Shown here: in pieces, positions 47,434-57,258 of the stretch
Layout of the letters: each line of letters opens with the position of its first letter
How positions within the stretch are numbered: the stretch's first letter is position 1
Virus record (IMG/VR): IMGVR_UViG_3300037246_001677
Span: 56,171-120,170 of that record
Direction: 5' to 3' (one strand)
Source of the DNA: a virus
DNA: 64,000 bases
Position numbers and translations under genes: made by a program
Notes under the pieces: generated by a model
Seen by the model: the letters and a program-made list of their open reading frames with translations, nothing else
Told to the model about the DNA's origin: nothing
Databases searched by the model: none

Positions 47434-47745
47434 ATGGCGGATAGAACATATCAAGAACTTAACATAAATGAAATAAGAGCTGTTGAATTAACCATTGAAA
47501 ATAAAGATGGTGTTAGTTTTTCTCCAAGCGCTGCATGGGTAACAGTAAATGATAGTCAGGGTAATGATATAGTAGCAAGACAATCTGCTTCTACTTCAGG
47601 AAATCAAATATCGACAGTTATCGGAACCATAACTACTAGCGCTACAGGTGACTATAGTATAATTTGGGAAATGTTAAGCGGCGATGGTTATATTTATTAT
47701 CATTGTACACAACTAGAAGTTATACCACTCTGCTTGGGAGATTAA
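47434..47745 (+). CDS. Small beta-rich (Ig-like) hypothetical protein
   Basis: TGDYSIIWE; ORF abuts neighbours. Confidence 0.55.
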   Translation: MADRTYQELNINEIRAVELTIENKDGVSFSPSAAWVTVNDSQGNDIVARQSASTSGNQISTVIGTITTSATGDYSIIWEMLSGDGYIYYHCTQLEVIPLCLGD

Positions 47746-47928
47746 ATGACAGAGCTAAGTTATTACAACTCAACAGAAACTTTAGGATTCGAAACAACAA
47801 CACCCAAAAATGTATATTACAACTCAACAGAAACTTTAGGATTCGAAACAACAACACCCAAAAATGTATATTACAACTCAACGCAAGTTTTAAAATTTGA
47901 AGTCACAACAATTGACGAAGAAACATAA
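47746..47928 (+). CDS. 60-aa repeat protein (YYNSTETLGFETTTPKNV)n
   Basis: GGGAG SD; 18-aa repeat. Confidence 0.55.
   Translation: MTELSYYNSTETLGFETTTPKNVYYNSTETLGFETTTPKNVYYNSTQVLKFEVTTIDEET
47761..47882 (+). repeat. 54-bp exact tandem repeat, ~2.25 copies
   Basis: Units start 47761, 47815, 47869. Confidence 0.95.
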
Positions 47929-47940
47929 AGGATTATTTTA

Positions 47941-48795
47941 ATGGATATTAGAAAAATAGATCAAACCTCATATAAACTAAACTACAGGAAAGACCCATCA
48001 GATATTAGAGATTACGCTTATAGAACTTCTCTTAGCGCACCATCTTTAGAAGATATAATTAACACCCTACCACAAAAAGTAGATTACATAAGCAAAATGA
48101 GTCCAATAAAAAATCAAGGTAGATTAGGAAGCTGCGTTGGATTTGCTGTTACTGCTTTAAAAGAATACCAAGAACAAAAAGAACATTCACAAGAAGTAGC
48201 AGAGGGTAAGAAAAACCATAGAGACGAAAAGTACTATGACTTATCCGAATCATGGATTTACTGGATGTCTAAAAAAATTGACCCATGGCCAAATGAAGAA
48301 GGAACGTCAATTAGATGTGCCATGAAAGTACTAAAACGTATTGGAGTACCAACTGAAAAAGCATGGCCATATGATGATAAAGTATATGGAGAACCAAAAA
48401 TATGGGCGAACTTGGTTGCAAGATGGTCATTGATTGACTCGTATTGGAGAGTAGACAATCTAAATGAGTTAAAAATAGCTTTATCAAAATCACCAGTTGT
48501 AATAGGAATAGGATGTTACGCAGAAATATTTAATGTTGGTTCCGATGGAATAATAAAAGATCCAGCAAATCCACAATATGGTTATGGTGGACATGCTATA
48601 TGTGCTGTAGGCTATAATGATTTCAAAAAATTAGTGAAATTTAAAAACAGTTGGAGTACTAATTGGGGCCAAAATGGATATGGATATATAAGCTATAACT
48701 ATATCAATCAGTATATGTGGGATGCTTGGGCATGTAAAGATTTAAGTGTAACAAAAGAAATGCTAAAAGGAACCAGAAAACTAATTAGAGTATAA
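47941..48795 (+). CDS. Papain-like C1A cysteine peptidase
   Basis: NQGRLGSCVGFA, GGHAICAVGY, KNSWSTNWGQNGYG. Confidence 0.92.
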   Translation: MDIRKIDQTSYKLNYRKDPSDIRDYAYRTSLSAPSLEDIINTLPQKVDYISKMSPIKNQGRLGSCVGFAVTALKEYQEQKEHSQEVAEGKKNHRDEKYYDLSESWIYWMSKKIDPWPNEEGTSIRCAMKVLKRIGVPTEKAWPYDDKVYGEPKIWANLVARWSLIDSYWRVDNLNELKIALSKSPVVIGIGCYAEIFNVGSDGIIKDPANPQYGYGGHAICAVGYNDFKKLVKFKNSWSTNWGQNGYGYISYNYINQYMWDAWACKDLSVTKEMLKGTRKLIRV

Positions 48796-48798
48796 ATA
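48791..48798 (+). promoter_or_regulatory. T4-type late promoter TATAAATA upstream of portal
   Basis: Exact motif; variants GATAAATA/CATAAATA precede 50443, 51343, 60483, 62060. Confidence 0.6.
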
Positions 48799-48822
48799 TG
48801 TTCATGTAAAAGGAGAAAAAAA

Positions 48823-50400
48823 ATGGCAAAATGGTATAACCCAACAACATGGGGACAAGAACCAGAAAGAATGGATGAAGCTATAAGAGCTTTTGAGGAA
48901 AGACCAAAACCAAAATTAAAAGATACTCTTGCAACAAGAGGTGAAGGTTGGGAAAATGTACTTGATATGCCTGGCATTGGTCGAGTAGGACTGCAGTCAT
49001 TCAATATGTTTTATAATACTCTCATTAACAAACAATTTGAAAATGAGGTAGAAAGAATTTGGGAGTATAGAAGTATGGCATCCCAAACAGAAATAGCAGA
49101 TGTTGTTGAAGATGCAGTAAATGAGGCAACACAGGAAGATGATGATGGAAAAGTTTTCCATCTTGAAATCATTGATAAAGAATTAGAAAAAAATGAAAAC
49201 ATAGTTAAAAATTTAAGACAAGAATTTTATAAGCTTTTCATCGAACGTCTAAGTATGGATGATTTTGTATGGGGAATGTTCCATAACTATATGGTAGATG
49301 GTAGAGTTTTCTATGAAAGAATTATTGACTCAAGACATCCAAAAAATGGAATAATCCACGTTAAAAGATTACCATCCGAAACAATGGATTACATTTATGA
49401 TCCATTAAGTTCGGAAATTATATTGTATATGCAATATCTAAAACCAAAACCAAAAAAACCTGCTACAGTTGAAGAGGCCAGAAAAAGACATGGTGATGAC
49501 TTAATTATATTTGAACCCGACCAAATAGGATTTGTGGATTATGGTATTTATGGATCAAGTAGATACAATATTTTTGGTTACCTTGAAAAAGCAAGAGTTC
49601 CATTTAACCAATTAAAATTATTAGAAACATCAGTAATAATATATAGAATAGTAAGATCACCCGAGCGATTCGTTTTTAGAATTGACACAGGGAACATGCC
49701 AAGAGATAAGGCTCTAAAGTATGTAGAGAAAATCAAACAGAAGATGAGTAAGAAACAAACTTACGATCCTCGATCTGGCACACTTACTAATGAACCAGAA
49801 ATTATGAGCATTCTTGAAAACTTCTACTTACCACAATCTGCTGAAGGTAGAGGTAGTCAAATTGAATCCATTGGAGGATTCTCACCGGGCTTTACCGAGC
49901 TTGATGATATTTACTACTTCGCAAGAAAGCTCTACCGATCTTTGAAATATCCAGCCTCACGTGTCCAAGCAGCACAAGAAAGTAGAACAGGAGATGTTCT
50001 ATTTGGTCAAGGTGACACTGGTACTATTTCAAGAGATGAAATAAAATGGAGTAAATTCCTTGAAAGACAACAAAGGAAATTTTGTAAGGATTTTACTGAT
50101 ATGTTTTTAATTCACTTAGAATTTAAAGGTCTTAAAAAACTATATAGTTTAGATGAAGAAAAAATAAAAGTAGTTATGAATCCACCGTCCAGATACAAAG
50201 AACAAATGGATCAAAGCTTCTTAGATTCTCGTTTCAACAACTACTCTCAATTAGCAGATAGAGAAGAAATGAGTAAGTCATACTTAATGAGAAAGTACTT
50301 GAAGTGGGATGACGATGAAATCAAAGCCAATGTTGATGGAATGAAAAAAGACAAACTGCTAGGATTCAGGTCAGATGAAGAAGGCGGCGGTGGATGGTAA
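48823..50400 (+). CDS. gp20: Portal protein
   Basis: YRSMA, VDGR, NQLKLLE, IYRIVRSPERFVFRIDTGNMP, ISRDEIKW. Confidence 0.95.
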   Translation: MAKWYNPTTWGQEPERMDEAIRAFEERPKPKLKDTLATRGEGWENVLDMPGIGRVGLQSFNMFYNTLINKQFENEVERIWEYRSMASQTEIADVVEDAVNEATQEDDDGKVFHLEIIDKELEKNENIVKNLRQEFYKLFIERLSMDDFVWGMFHNYMVDGRVFYERIIDSRHPKNGIIHVKRLPSETMDYIYDPLSSEIILYMQYLKPKPKKPATVEEARKRHGDDLIIFEPDQIGFVDYGIYGSSRYNIFGYLEKARVPFNQLKLLETSVIIYRIVRSPERFVFRIDTGNMPRDKALKYVEKIKQKMSKKQTYDPRSGTLTNEPEIMSILENFYLPQSAEGRGSQIESIGGFSPGFTELDDIYYFARKLYRSLKYPASRVQAAQESRTGDVLFGQGDTGTISRDEIKWSKFLERQQRKFCKDFTDMFLIHLEFKGLKKLYSLDEEKIKVVMNPPSRYKEQMDQSFLDSRFNNYSQLADREEMSKSYLMRKYLKWDDDEIKANVDGMKKDKLLGFRSDEEGGGGW

Positions 50401-50442
50401 ACATTTTGGAAATAGATAAATACACAGGAGGAGAAAACTGTT

Positions 50443-50643
50443 ATGCCAGTAGATAATGAACAAATTAAAAAAGCGTTAGATCATTTTGAGAATGATGAGT
50501 TTGTGGATGCTAAAGAAATTTTACAAAAGGAAATTAGAAAGTCAAAAAACGACCATCTAAAAAATAAATTGGAACTCAAACAAGATATTGAACCATTAGA
50601 GGAACCAGAAAAAAAAGAGGACCAAGAAGAAGAAGAGGAGTAA
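50443..50643 (+). CDS. Small acidic prohead core-like protein (gp67 position)
   Basis: Between portal and protease; Glu-rich C-term. Confidence 0.55.
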   Translation: MPVDNEQIKKALDHFENDEFVDAKEILQKEIRKSKNDHLKNKLELKQDIEPLEEPEKKEDQEEEEE

Positions 50644-50646
50644 AAA

Positions 50647-51249
50647 ATGATAACCAAAGCACATCTTATTACAGAAGTTAGCCATGATTTTGAAATTTCA
50701 GAATCAAGTTCAGGTGATACACACATTGTTGGTATCTTTAGCTCTGCAGAATTAGAAAACAATAACAAGAGAAGATATAAGAAATCAATACTTGAAAGAG
50801 AGTTAAAGAAAGTTCAAGAAAAGGTTTCTGGTAAATCTCTTTGGGGTGAATTAGGTCACCCACCGAATCCGGAAGTAAACCCAGATAAAATTGCTATCTT
50901 AACTACACAGTTAGAGTGGAAAGGTAATGACGTATATGGTAGAGCAAAAGTACTTGATACACCTATGGGTAATATAGCAAAAACTCTTATTAAAGAGGGT
51001 AAGATGGGTATTAGTTCGAGAGGTTTAGGAACTGTTGGAGACGATGGGTATGTAAACGAAGATTTTAACTTAATTACCTGGGACCTTGTTACTGATCCAT
51101 CAAATAGCCCATCATGGGTTAATGGTGTATATGAAGGAAGAACTTGGGAAGTAGAATCACCAGATAAGGAACCAACAATACAAGAAGCACAGGAACACCA
51201 CAAGAAACAAATTTGGCAAGTAATTAAAAATATTGAAAGTAATATTTAA
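50647..51249 (+). CDS. gp21: Prohead maturation protease
   Basis: NNNKRRY, GELGHP, LDTPMG, GISSRGLG, WDLVTDPS. Confidence 0.93.
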   Translation: MITKAHLITEVSHDFEISESSSGDTHIVGIFSSAELENNNKRRYKKSILERELKKVQEKVSGKSLWGELGHPPNPEVNPDKIAILTTQLEWKGNDVYGRAKVLDTPMGNIAKTLIKEGKMGISSRGLGTVGDDGYVNEDFNLITWDLVTDPSNSPSWVNGVYEGRTWEVESPDKEPTIQEAQEHHKKQIWQVIKNIESNI

Positions 51250-51342
51250 AATCAATAATCATATACTTTTCGATACGTTTCTATAACTAAACGTATGTAT
51301 CATAAATACATATTGAATAAAATAATATAGGAGGAAAATAGC

Positions 51343-52176
51343 ATGGACAAACTTCTTGAAATACTTGGCGCTAATAAGTTAAACGAAGACGATCAGAGTC
51401 AAGTAAAAGAAAGACTTGAAACACTAATTGAAGTGAAAGGTCAAGAACTGTCACAGAGCAAACTTCAGGAAGCGAAGGAACAGCTAGTAGAGTCCTACGA
51501 AACTAAATTTGAAGAATATAAAGAAGATATTACTTCCAAGTTTTCAAACTTCGTTGACTCAGTTTTGGAAGAAGAAATGACAATTCCAGATAAAGTTCTT
51601 GAATTTGCAAAGAAGGGTGAGTTATATCATGACTTGATTGAACAATTCAAAATCAGATTAAGCGTTGATGAAGGATTGCTTGATGAAGAAGTGAAAAACT
51701 TACTCAAAGAAGCTAAAGGAGAAATCCTTAAACTTCGATCAGACCTTGATGAAAACATTGCTAAAAATCTTGAAGTCATCAGTGACGCACAAGAATTGGC
51801 ATCTGAGCTTTATCTCAGAAGAAAATGCGATGGTCTAACTGAAAGCCAAAAGAAAAGAGTTCTTGAAATGCTTTCTGGCATTAAAGACAGGGCTGAAATA
51901 GATCGCAAATTTGACATCGTTCTCGAAGCTTACGACGACAAAGAAGAAAAAGATGACGAGGAAGAAGAGGACGACGAGAAAAAGGAAAAGAAAAAGAAAG
52001 ACAAAGAAGAAGAAGAGGAAGACGAAGACGAGAAAAAGAAGAAAGACGAGGAAGAAGAAGAGGAAGACAAGAAAAAGAAGGAAGACAAAAAAGCCAATGA
52101 AGGCTTAAATGAGGACAGTCCCTTCAAACAACACCTTAAAGAGTATCAAAAGATACTAAGAGAAGGTAGATTTTAA
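51343..52176 (+). CDS. gp22: Prohead scaffold/core protein
   Basis: Coiled-coil, GLTESQK, E/D/K low-complexity tail, directly upstream of capsid. Confidence 0.8.
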   Translation: MDKLLEILGANKLNEDDQSQVKERLETLIEVKGQELSQSKLQEAKEQLVESYETKFEEYKEDITSKFSNFVDSVLEEEMTIPDKVLEFAKKGELYHDLIEQFKIRLSVDEGLLDEEVKNLLKEAKGEILKLRSDLDENIAKNLEVISDAQELASELYLRRKCDGLTESQKKRVLEMLSGIKDRAEIDRKFDIVLEAYDDKEEKDDEEEEDDEKKEKKKKDKEEEEEDEDEKKKKDEEEEEEDKKKKEDKKANEGLNEDSPFKQHLKEYQKILREGRF

Positions 52177-52208
52177 AGAAGTAAAATAGTATAGGAGGAA
52201 ACAACAAC

Positions 52209-53432
52209 ATGGACGTTAGAGACCTAGTCAAAAAATGGGAAGGAGTTCTAAATGAAGGCGGAAAAATTAAATCTGAAAAGATTCAAAAAAGTACTGCCAT
52301 CATGTTAGAAAACCAACACAACTACCTCATGGAGCAAACTGCTTGGGGTAATGACTCGTTTGGTACTGGTGACGGTCGTGGCTTAGCTAATTGGCCAACT
52401 TCTGGTATGTTTAACAAAATCGCAGTTCCGATGGTTAGACGTACTTTTCCAGAATTGGTAGCACATCAACTAGTTGGTGTACAACCACTAACCGGACCTG
52501 TTGGTCTTGCTTTTGCGCTTAGGTTCAGAGCAGGTACGACAGCCGGTAATTATACTGCGAATGTAACAGAACTTGGTTACAATACCATCGACTCTACTTA
52601 TTCAGGTTCATATATCACCTCTGCTGGTGAAGCCTTAGGTTCTAAGGCCGGTTCTGGTGTAGGAAATGATATTGGACTTGGTGTAGGATCTGGTACACAT
52701 ATTCGTGAAGTCAACTTGACCGTTGAAAAAGTACAGATTGAAGCAAAAACCCGTAAACTAAGAAGCCGTTGGTCCCTTGAAGTTGCTCAAGATTTGAAAG
52801 CTATGCACGGTCTTGATCTCGAAGAGGAAATGATGGATATTCTAGCTTACGAAATTACCCAAGAAATCGACCGTGAATTGATTGCAGCTATAGACGCTAC
52901 AGTCAGAGGCGTTACTGGTTATGACACAACCTGGGACTTCTTAGCTTCGGCACAAGGAGTAAAAGGTAGATGGGAGATGGAGCGTTATCGTGAGCTTTAT
53001 CACAGTGTTATACGTAGATGCCAAGACATCGCAATCAACACACGTAGAGGATCGGGTAACTGGATCGTAGGTAATCCAAGAGCCGTTGCTATTCTTGAAA
53101 CTCTGGCAGCTTTTACAATTGCCCCAGTTCCAAGTGATGTAACAACTCAACCAACTGGAGTATCAAGGATCGGTTCTCTTGACGGAAGATTAGTAGTTTA
53201 CCGTGATACTTTTGAAAGTAGAGATCAATTCCTAGTGGGTTATAAAGGCCCAAGTGAATATGATACAGGTGTAATTTATTTACCTTACATCCAACTACTT
53301 GCAAGTAAAGCAGTATTCGAAAACTCATTCCATCCAACAGTAGGATTGATGAGTCGTTATGCGATTCACAACCATATGTTCGGAGCAAGAGAATATTACC
53401 AGTTAATTCAATTAACGAATATTCCACAATAA
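52209..53432 (+). CDS. gp23: Major capsid protein
   Basis: KW..VLNE, MLENQ, VRRTFP.L, GVQPLTGP.GL.FALR, AKTRKL..RWS.E.AQDLKAMHG, VGYKG, YLPY. Confidence 0.97.
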   Translation: MDVRDLVKKWEGVLNEGGKIKSEKIQKSTAIMLENQHNYLMEQTAWGNDSFGTGDGRGLANWPTSGMFNKIAVPMVRRTFPELVAHQLVGVQPLTGPVGLAFALRFRAGTTAGNYTANVTELGYNTIDSTYSGSYITSAGEALGSKAGSGVGNDIGLGVGSGTHIREVNLTVEKVQIEAKTRKLRSRWSLEVAQDLKAMHGLDLEEEMMDILAYEITQEIDRELIAAIDATVRGVTGYDTTWDFLASAQGVKGRWEMERYRELYHSVIRRCQDIAINTRRGSGNWIVGNPRAVAILETLAAFTIAPVPSDVTTQPTGVSRIGSLDGRLVVYRDTFESRDQFLVGYKGPSEYDTGVIYLPYIQLLASKAVFENSFHPTVGLMSRYAIHNHMFGAREYYQLIQLTNIPQ

Positions 53433-53446
53433 AGAGTAAACCAAAC

Positions 53447-53481
53447 AAAAAGGCGGTGAATTTATTTTCACCGCTTTTTTT
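53447..53481 (+). terminator. Rho-independent terminator after capsid gene
   Basis: GCGGTGAA/TTCACCGC stem flanked by A- and T-tracts. Confidence 0.85.
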
Positions 53482-53491
53482 ATGCCAAATA

Positions 53492-53527
53492 TTTACATTT
53501 AACCATTTTTGTAGTATAATATAAATA
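53492..53527 (+). promoter_or_regulatory. Overlapping sigma70-type (TTTACA-17-TATAAT) and late (TATAAATA) promoters
   Basis: TTTACA 53492-97, TATAAT 53515-20, TATAAATA 53520-27. Confidence 0.7.
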
Positions 53528-53550
53528 CTGTGCAGGAGGATTATAAAAGC

Positions 53551-53976
53551 ATGGAATTAAACAGAAATAATTTATCCGATGCCTTTGATATGGATGGCAT
53601 AGAAAGTGAAGTGGATCGTCTTACCCTTGTTTCAGACACTGACCCGGAAGAAGTACTTAAAGAAAATATAGACAGAGCGAATAGAATATTAGATAGGGTA
53701 GAACAAGAATTAGAAAGTGGAAATTTTACAGCAAGAATGGTAGAGGTTGCTGGAGCCATTTTAAATACCGTAACGAACTCGAGTAAGGAAATAATGGCTA
53801 ACATTAACTATAAAAAATATTTACAAATTCGCGATTCTATGGTAAAATATAAGTATGATGAATTGGAATCCAAAAAAGCAAAATTCCGTTCTCCAACGAG
53901 TCAAAATATTATCGTCTCAAATAGAGAAGATATAATGAAACTACTAAACGGAGAATTAAAACAAATTGAAAAATAA
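53551..53976 (+). CDS. Probable terminase small subunit (gp16-like)
   Basis: ARMVEVAG and NIIVSNREDIMKLL resemble T4-like TerS; start ATG 53551 after AGGAGG. Confidence 0.6.
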   Translation: MELNRNNLSDAFDMDGIESEVDRLTLVSDTDPEEVLKENIDRANRILDRVEQELESGNFTARMVEVAGAILNTVTNSSKEIMANINYKKYLQIRDSMVKYKYDELESKKAKFRSPTSQNIIVSNREDIMKLLNGELKQIEK

Positions 53977-54001
53977 AAAACTAAAAGAAAGGAAAACTGT
54001 T

Positions 54002-55966
54002 ATGTTTGATAAGAACAACGATTTTATGGAGGTCATCCTTGGTCAGCAAAAAGGAACTGGTATCAAAAAGTGGGAGGGAACGACCATTGATTATTTGGCT
54101 GAAGTAGAAAAAAGACCAGAAATTTGCAATTTTGCCCCTGGTCGAATCTATAATATGATTATGAAGGTGGGCACAGAGCAAGTATCAGACGAGTTAAAAA
54201 CTAAAGGTTATGAGGATTTAGTTAAATATAATTTCTTCAAGAAAAAAATCTTCGGTACTCTTGAGCCGATTCATGATATGATGAAATTTATGAAAGCCGC
54301 TGCAAGGAGAACAGAAACTGGTAAACGAATCTTTATCATGGTTGGTCCTGTTTCTTCGGGTAAATCAACTATCGCTGCCTTAATCAAAAGAGGACTTGAA
54401 AAGGACTGTACTCCAAAATATGCAATCTCAGGATGTCCAATCCACGAGGAACCTCTTCACTTGATTCCAGAAGATGATCGACCATACTGGGAGGATCGAC
54501 TTGGTATAAAAATCGAGGGCCATCTTTGTCCGGTTTGTACTCAAATGTTGGATGAAAAATACACAAACAAAGATGGAGTAATTCAATGGCATGAGGTACC
54601 AACCGAAACAATTAGAATCAGTGAACAACGAAGGATTTGTATCGGTACATTCCAACCTAGTGATCCAAAATCACAGGACATTACTGAACTTATTGGTCGA
54701 GTTGATATGACTAAGATGGCTAGATATGGTGAAACCGATCCAAAAGCTTATAAGTTCGATGGTGAGCTTCAAGTTGCAAATGGTGGTATGATTGAATACA
54801 TCGAAATTCTAAAAGCAGATATTAAATTTCACTATATTCTTATCACCGCCGCTCAAGAGCAAGTTATCAAGGCCCCTGGTTTCCCACAAATGTACATTGA
54901 TACATTGATTATGAGTCATACAAACCAAACAGAATTTGACTCATTCAAATCAGACAAAAAGAACGAAGCTCTACATGATAGGATGTATAAAGTAGAGGTA
55001 CCATGGAATCTAAGAGTAGATGATGAAATAAAGATTTATGAAAAAATGATTGATGAATCTGACTTTAGAAATATCCATATCGCCCCTGGAACATTGAGAG
55101 TTGCCGCAGAGTTTGCAGTACTTTCAAGATTGAGAAAGTCAACCAGAGTTAGCAATAAAATCACCAAGATGAAACTCTACAACGGTGAAATTCCAGTCGA
55201 GTTCAAAAAGACCGACATTGATATTAAGAAATTAAGAGAAGAAGGAAGAGAACTAGGTGAAGGTATGAGTGGTATCTCTCCAAGATTTGTTGTTAATGCT
55301 CTTAACTTAGCACTTGGTGCAAAAGAAGAAAGGAAGTGTATAAATCCGATTGACATGATTAGATCACTTAGAGATAACTTTAACCATCACATTGGTATTC
55401 CAGATGAAGATAAAGAAATCTTTATGAGTATATTAACTGGTAACAAAGAGTCGGTAGCATCCGAGTATAAAGATTGGGCAAAGAAAGAAGTCAACATGGC
55501 TTTCTTATGGGCATATGATGAACAAGCCCAGGAACTATTTTACAGGTATATGATAAATGCCGAAGGTTATTGTAAAAATGAACAAATCATTGATTCAGTA
55601 ACTGGTGAATATCATAACCCAGATGAAAAAGTCATGAGGTCCATCGAAGAACTAATCGGAGTACCAATGGAATCAAGAAAAGAATTTAGAAATGGTATTT
55701 TCGTTTATAAATCAGACTTCTTAGGTAGAGGCAAAGACTTTACTTTCAAGGACTACGATCCGTTGAGAGAAGGTATTGAGAAAAAGTTGATGGGTGATTT
55801 GAAAAATGTTGTATCACTTTCAATTGCTGACTCATCTGCCACAAATCCGAAGTCCAAAAAGAGAAGAGAGGTGGCCCTGGAAACCTTGAAAGAAAAAGGA
55901 TATTGTGATAAATGTGGTTCAATGCTTCTTAGCTTTATAGGTGAGGTATTACGTAAGGAAGATTAA
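54002..55966 (+). CDS. prkA: PrkA/YeaG-family AAA+ serine kinase
   Basis: MVGPVSSGKST, CPIHEEPL, FQPSDPKSQD, ANGGMIEYIEILK, NEALHDR, EGMSGISPRF. Confidence 0.93.
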   Translation: MFDKNNDFMEVILGQQKGTGIKKWEGTTIDYLAEVEKRPEICNFAPGRIYNMIMKVGTEQVSDELKTKGYEDLVKYNFFKKKIFGTLEPIHDMMKFMKAAARRTETGKRIFIMVGPVSSGKSTIAALIKRGLEKDCTPKYAISGCPIHEEPLHLIPEDDRPYWEDRLGIKIEGHLCPVCTQMLDEKYTNKDGVIQWHEVPTETIRISEQRRICIGTFQPSDPKSQDITELIGRVDMTKMARYGETDPKAYKFDGELQVANGGMIEYIEILKADIKFHYILITAAQEQVIKAPGFPQMYIDTLIMSHTNQTEFDSFKSDKKNEALHDRMYKVEVPWNLRVDDEIKIYEKMIDESDFRNIHIAPGTLRVAAEFAVLSRLRKSTRVSNKITKMKLYNGEIPVEFKKTDIDIKKLREEGRELGEGMSGISPRFVVNALNLALGAKEERKCINPIDMIRSLRDNFNHHIGIPDEDKEIFMSILTGNKESVASEYKDWAKKEVNMAFLWAYDEQAQELFYRYMINAEGYCKNEQIIDSVTGEYHNPDEKVMRSIEELIGVPMESRKEFRNGIFVYKSDFLGRGKDFTFKDYDPLREGIEKKLMGDLKNVVSLSIADSSATNPKSKKRREVALETLKEKGYCDKCGSMLLSFIGEVLRKED

Positions 55967-56076
55967 AAATAGCAGATTGGAACTTTAGTAGACTGCCGTT
56001 AGCGGGCCGGTGCTCATTGAGATAGGAAGGTTAAAATAAATAGCAGACTGACAAATATCCGTTGAGCTATGGAGGT

Positions 56077-56108
56077 GAAAACTCCGGAGGTTTTCCTCCG
56101 GAGTTTTC
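56077..56108 (+). terminator. Perfect 14-bp hairpin/terminator after prkA
   Basis: GAAAACTCCGGAGG-TTTT-CCTCCGGAGTTTTC. Confidence 0.8.
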
Positions 56109-56121
56109 TTATCTGAAGTAA

Positions 56122-56150
56122 TTTACATTCTCACTGAGTTATGATATAAT
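56122..56150 (+). promoter_or_regulatory. Sigma70-type promoter TTTACA-17-TATAAT with extended -10 TG
   Basis: TTTACA 56122-27, TGATATAAT ending 56150. Confidence 0.75.
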
Positions 56151-56156
56151 AAGATT

Positions 56157-56333
56157 ATGAATAAGAAAATAATAAATTTTATTTTCACTTTGTTATTAAT
56201 AAGAATGTTCGTTATAAGCGCATTTAATATTTGGCTTGTGTTTTTGCTTATAGTTTTTTGTGGAGACTGGTTAGCTATATTATGGTTAACTGATAAAAAT
56301 AATGATGAAAGGAAACAAAATGAATCTTTATAA
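56157..56333 (+). CDS. 58-aa hydrophobic membrane protein (not in ORF track)
   Basis: MNKKIINFIFTLLLIRMFVISAFNIWLVFLLIVFCG; possibly leaderless. Confidence 0.45.
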   Translation: MNKKIINFIFTLLLIRMFVISAFNIWLVFLLIVFCGDWLAILWLTDKNNDERKQNESL

Positions 56334-56499
56334 GAAGAACATGGGATTTTTTATTAATGCTGCCTTTTGGACAATAGCACTTTTTACTGATCCAATTTGG
56401 ATATTAATTAAAGAGTTAGGACCAATAGCTCTTGCTTTACCAGTTATGTTTGGTTGGTTACTGGCTAACTTTGAAAAAGATATTGACTGGGAGTTATAA
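56302..56499 (+). CDS. Small two-TM membrane protein
   Basis: Hydrophobic segments; start may be 56320. Confidence 0.55.
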   Translation: MMKGNKMNLYKKNMGFFINAAFWTIALFTDPIWILIKELGPIALALPVMFGWLLANFEKDIDWEL

Positions 56500-56720
56500 T
56501 GATAAGAACAATAATAAGAGAAATTGTTTATGCCGGAACTACTATAGCAATATCATTATTTAATGCTCTAGTAGAAACCTATGTAGCAATAAGAAGTATA
56601 ATGACTTGCATATGGTGGATGATGAATTTTTGCACTGTTGAGTATACAGTTGAGGATGACGATGGAACAATAATACACCGATTTCCCCAATTAAATAATG
56701 GAGACAATGATGGATTCTGA
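56499..56720 (+). CDS. Small hydrophobic hypothetical protein
   Basis: TAATG-coupled. Confidence 0.5.
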   Translation: MIRTIIREIVYAGTTIAISLFNALVETYVAIRSIMTCIWWMMNFCTVEYTVEDDDGTIIHRFPQLNNGDNDGF

Positions 56721-56895
56721 AAGAAAATTTGAATTGATAAAAGAACTAATAAAGGACCATAAGGTTAGTAAAATAAATAGCTTTGCCGCTATGATAGCTT
56801 TGGAATTAATAGTTGATCCTAAAAAACCAAGCAAAGAATGCAAAGAGTGGGCCAAGGATTGCTTAAAAATAGGAAGGTATTATAATGAAAATTGA
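56698..56895 (+). CDS. Small hypothetical protein
   Basis: Overlapping chain of small ORFs. Confidence 0.5.
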   Translation: METMMDSERKFELIKELIKDHKVSKINSFAAMIALELIVDPKKPSKECKEWAKDCLKIGRYYNEN

Positions 56896-57070
56896 AGTGA
56901 CACTAACTGTAGTAGAAAACGAATCCATTGAATATACTATCACCACAGGTGGAGAAACCTGGGAAGATATTCACACAATAATAAATAATGCAGAAAAAAT
57001 TAATTTACGAAAAGAAAAACCAAAGAAAAAAGGAAAGAGATTACCTGGATTTATACAGGAAAAGGAGTAA
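56885..57070 (+). CDS. Small hypothetical protein
   Basis: AGGAAGG SD. Confidence 0.5.
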   Translation: MKIEVTLTVVENESIEYTITTGGETWEDIHTIINNAEKINLRKEKPKKKGKRLPGFIQEKE

Positions 57071-57075
57071 ATGAA

Positions 57076-57258
57076 ATGCCTTACATAACGAAGGAAGATT
57101 TCAAATTTTTGCTCAGCTTGGCTCCTGATTGGGTTAATGATCCCAATAACGGACACGATCCAACTATGTACGGAACTGGAACCTATGAAGGGGATATCAA
57201 AGTCCACAATCGGATGGTAGAAATCAAGAATCAAATCCTTGGAAAGGAAAAAATATGA
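57076..57258 (+). CDS. Small hypothetical protein
   Basis: DPTMYGTG; ATGA overlap with yeaH. Confidence 0.55.
   Translation: MPYITKEDFKFLLSLAPDWVNDPNNGHDPTMYGTGTYEGDIKVHNRMVEIKNQILGKEKI

Noticed and set aside
47761-47882. CRISPR array
   Set aside because: Units are contiguous identical repeats with no spacers and stay in frame.
51911-52127. Overlapping K/R-rich and S/F-rich ORFs
   Set aside because: Shadow frames of the E/D/K low-complexity tail of the scaffold gene.
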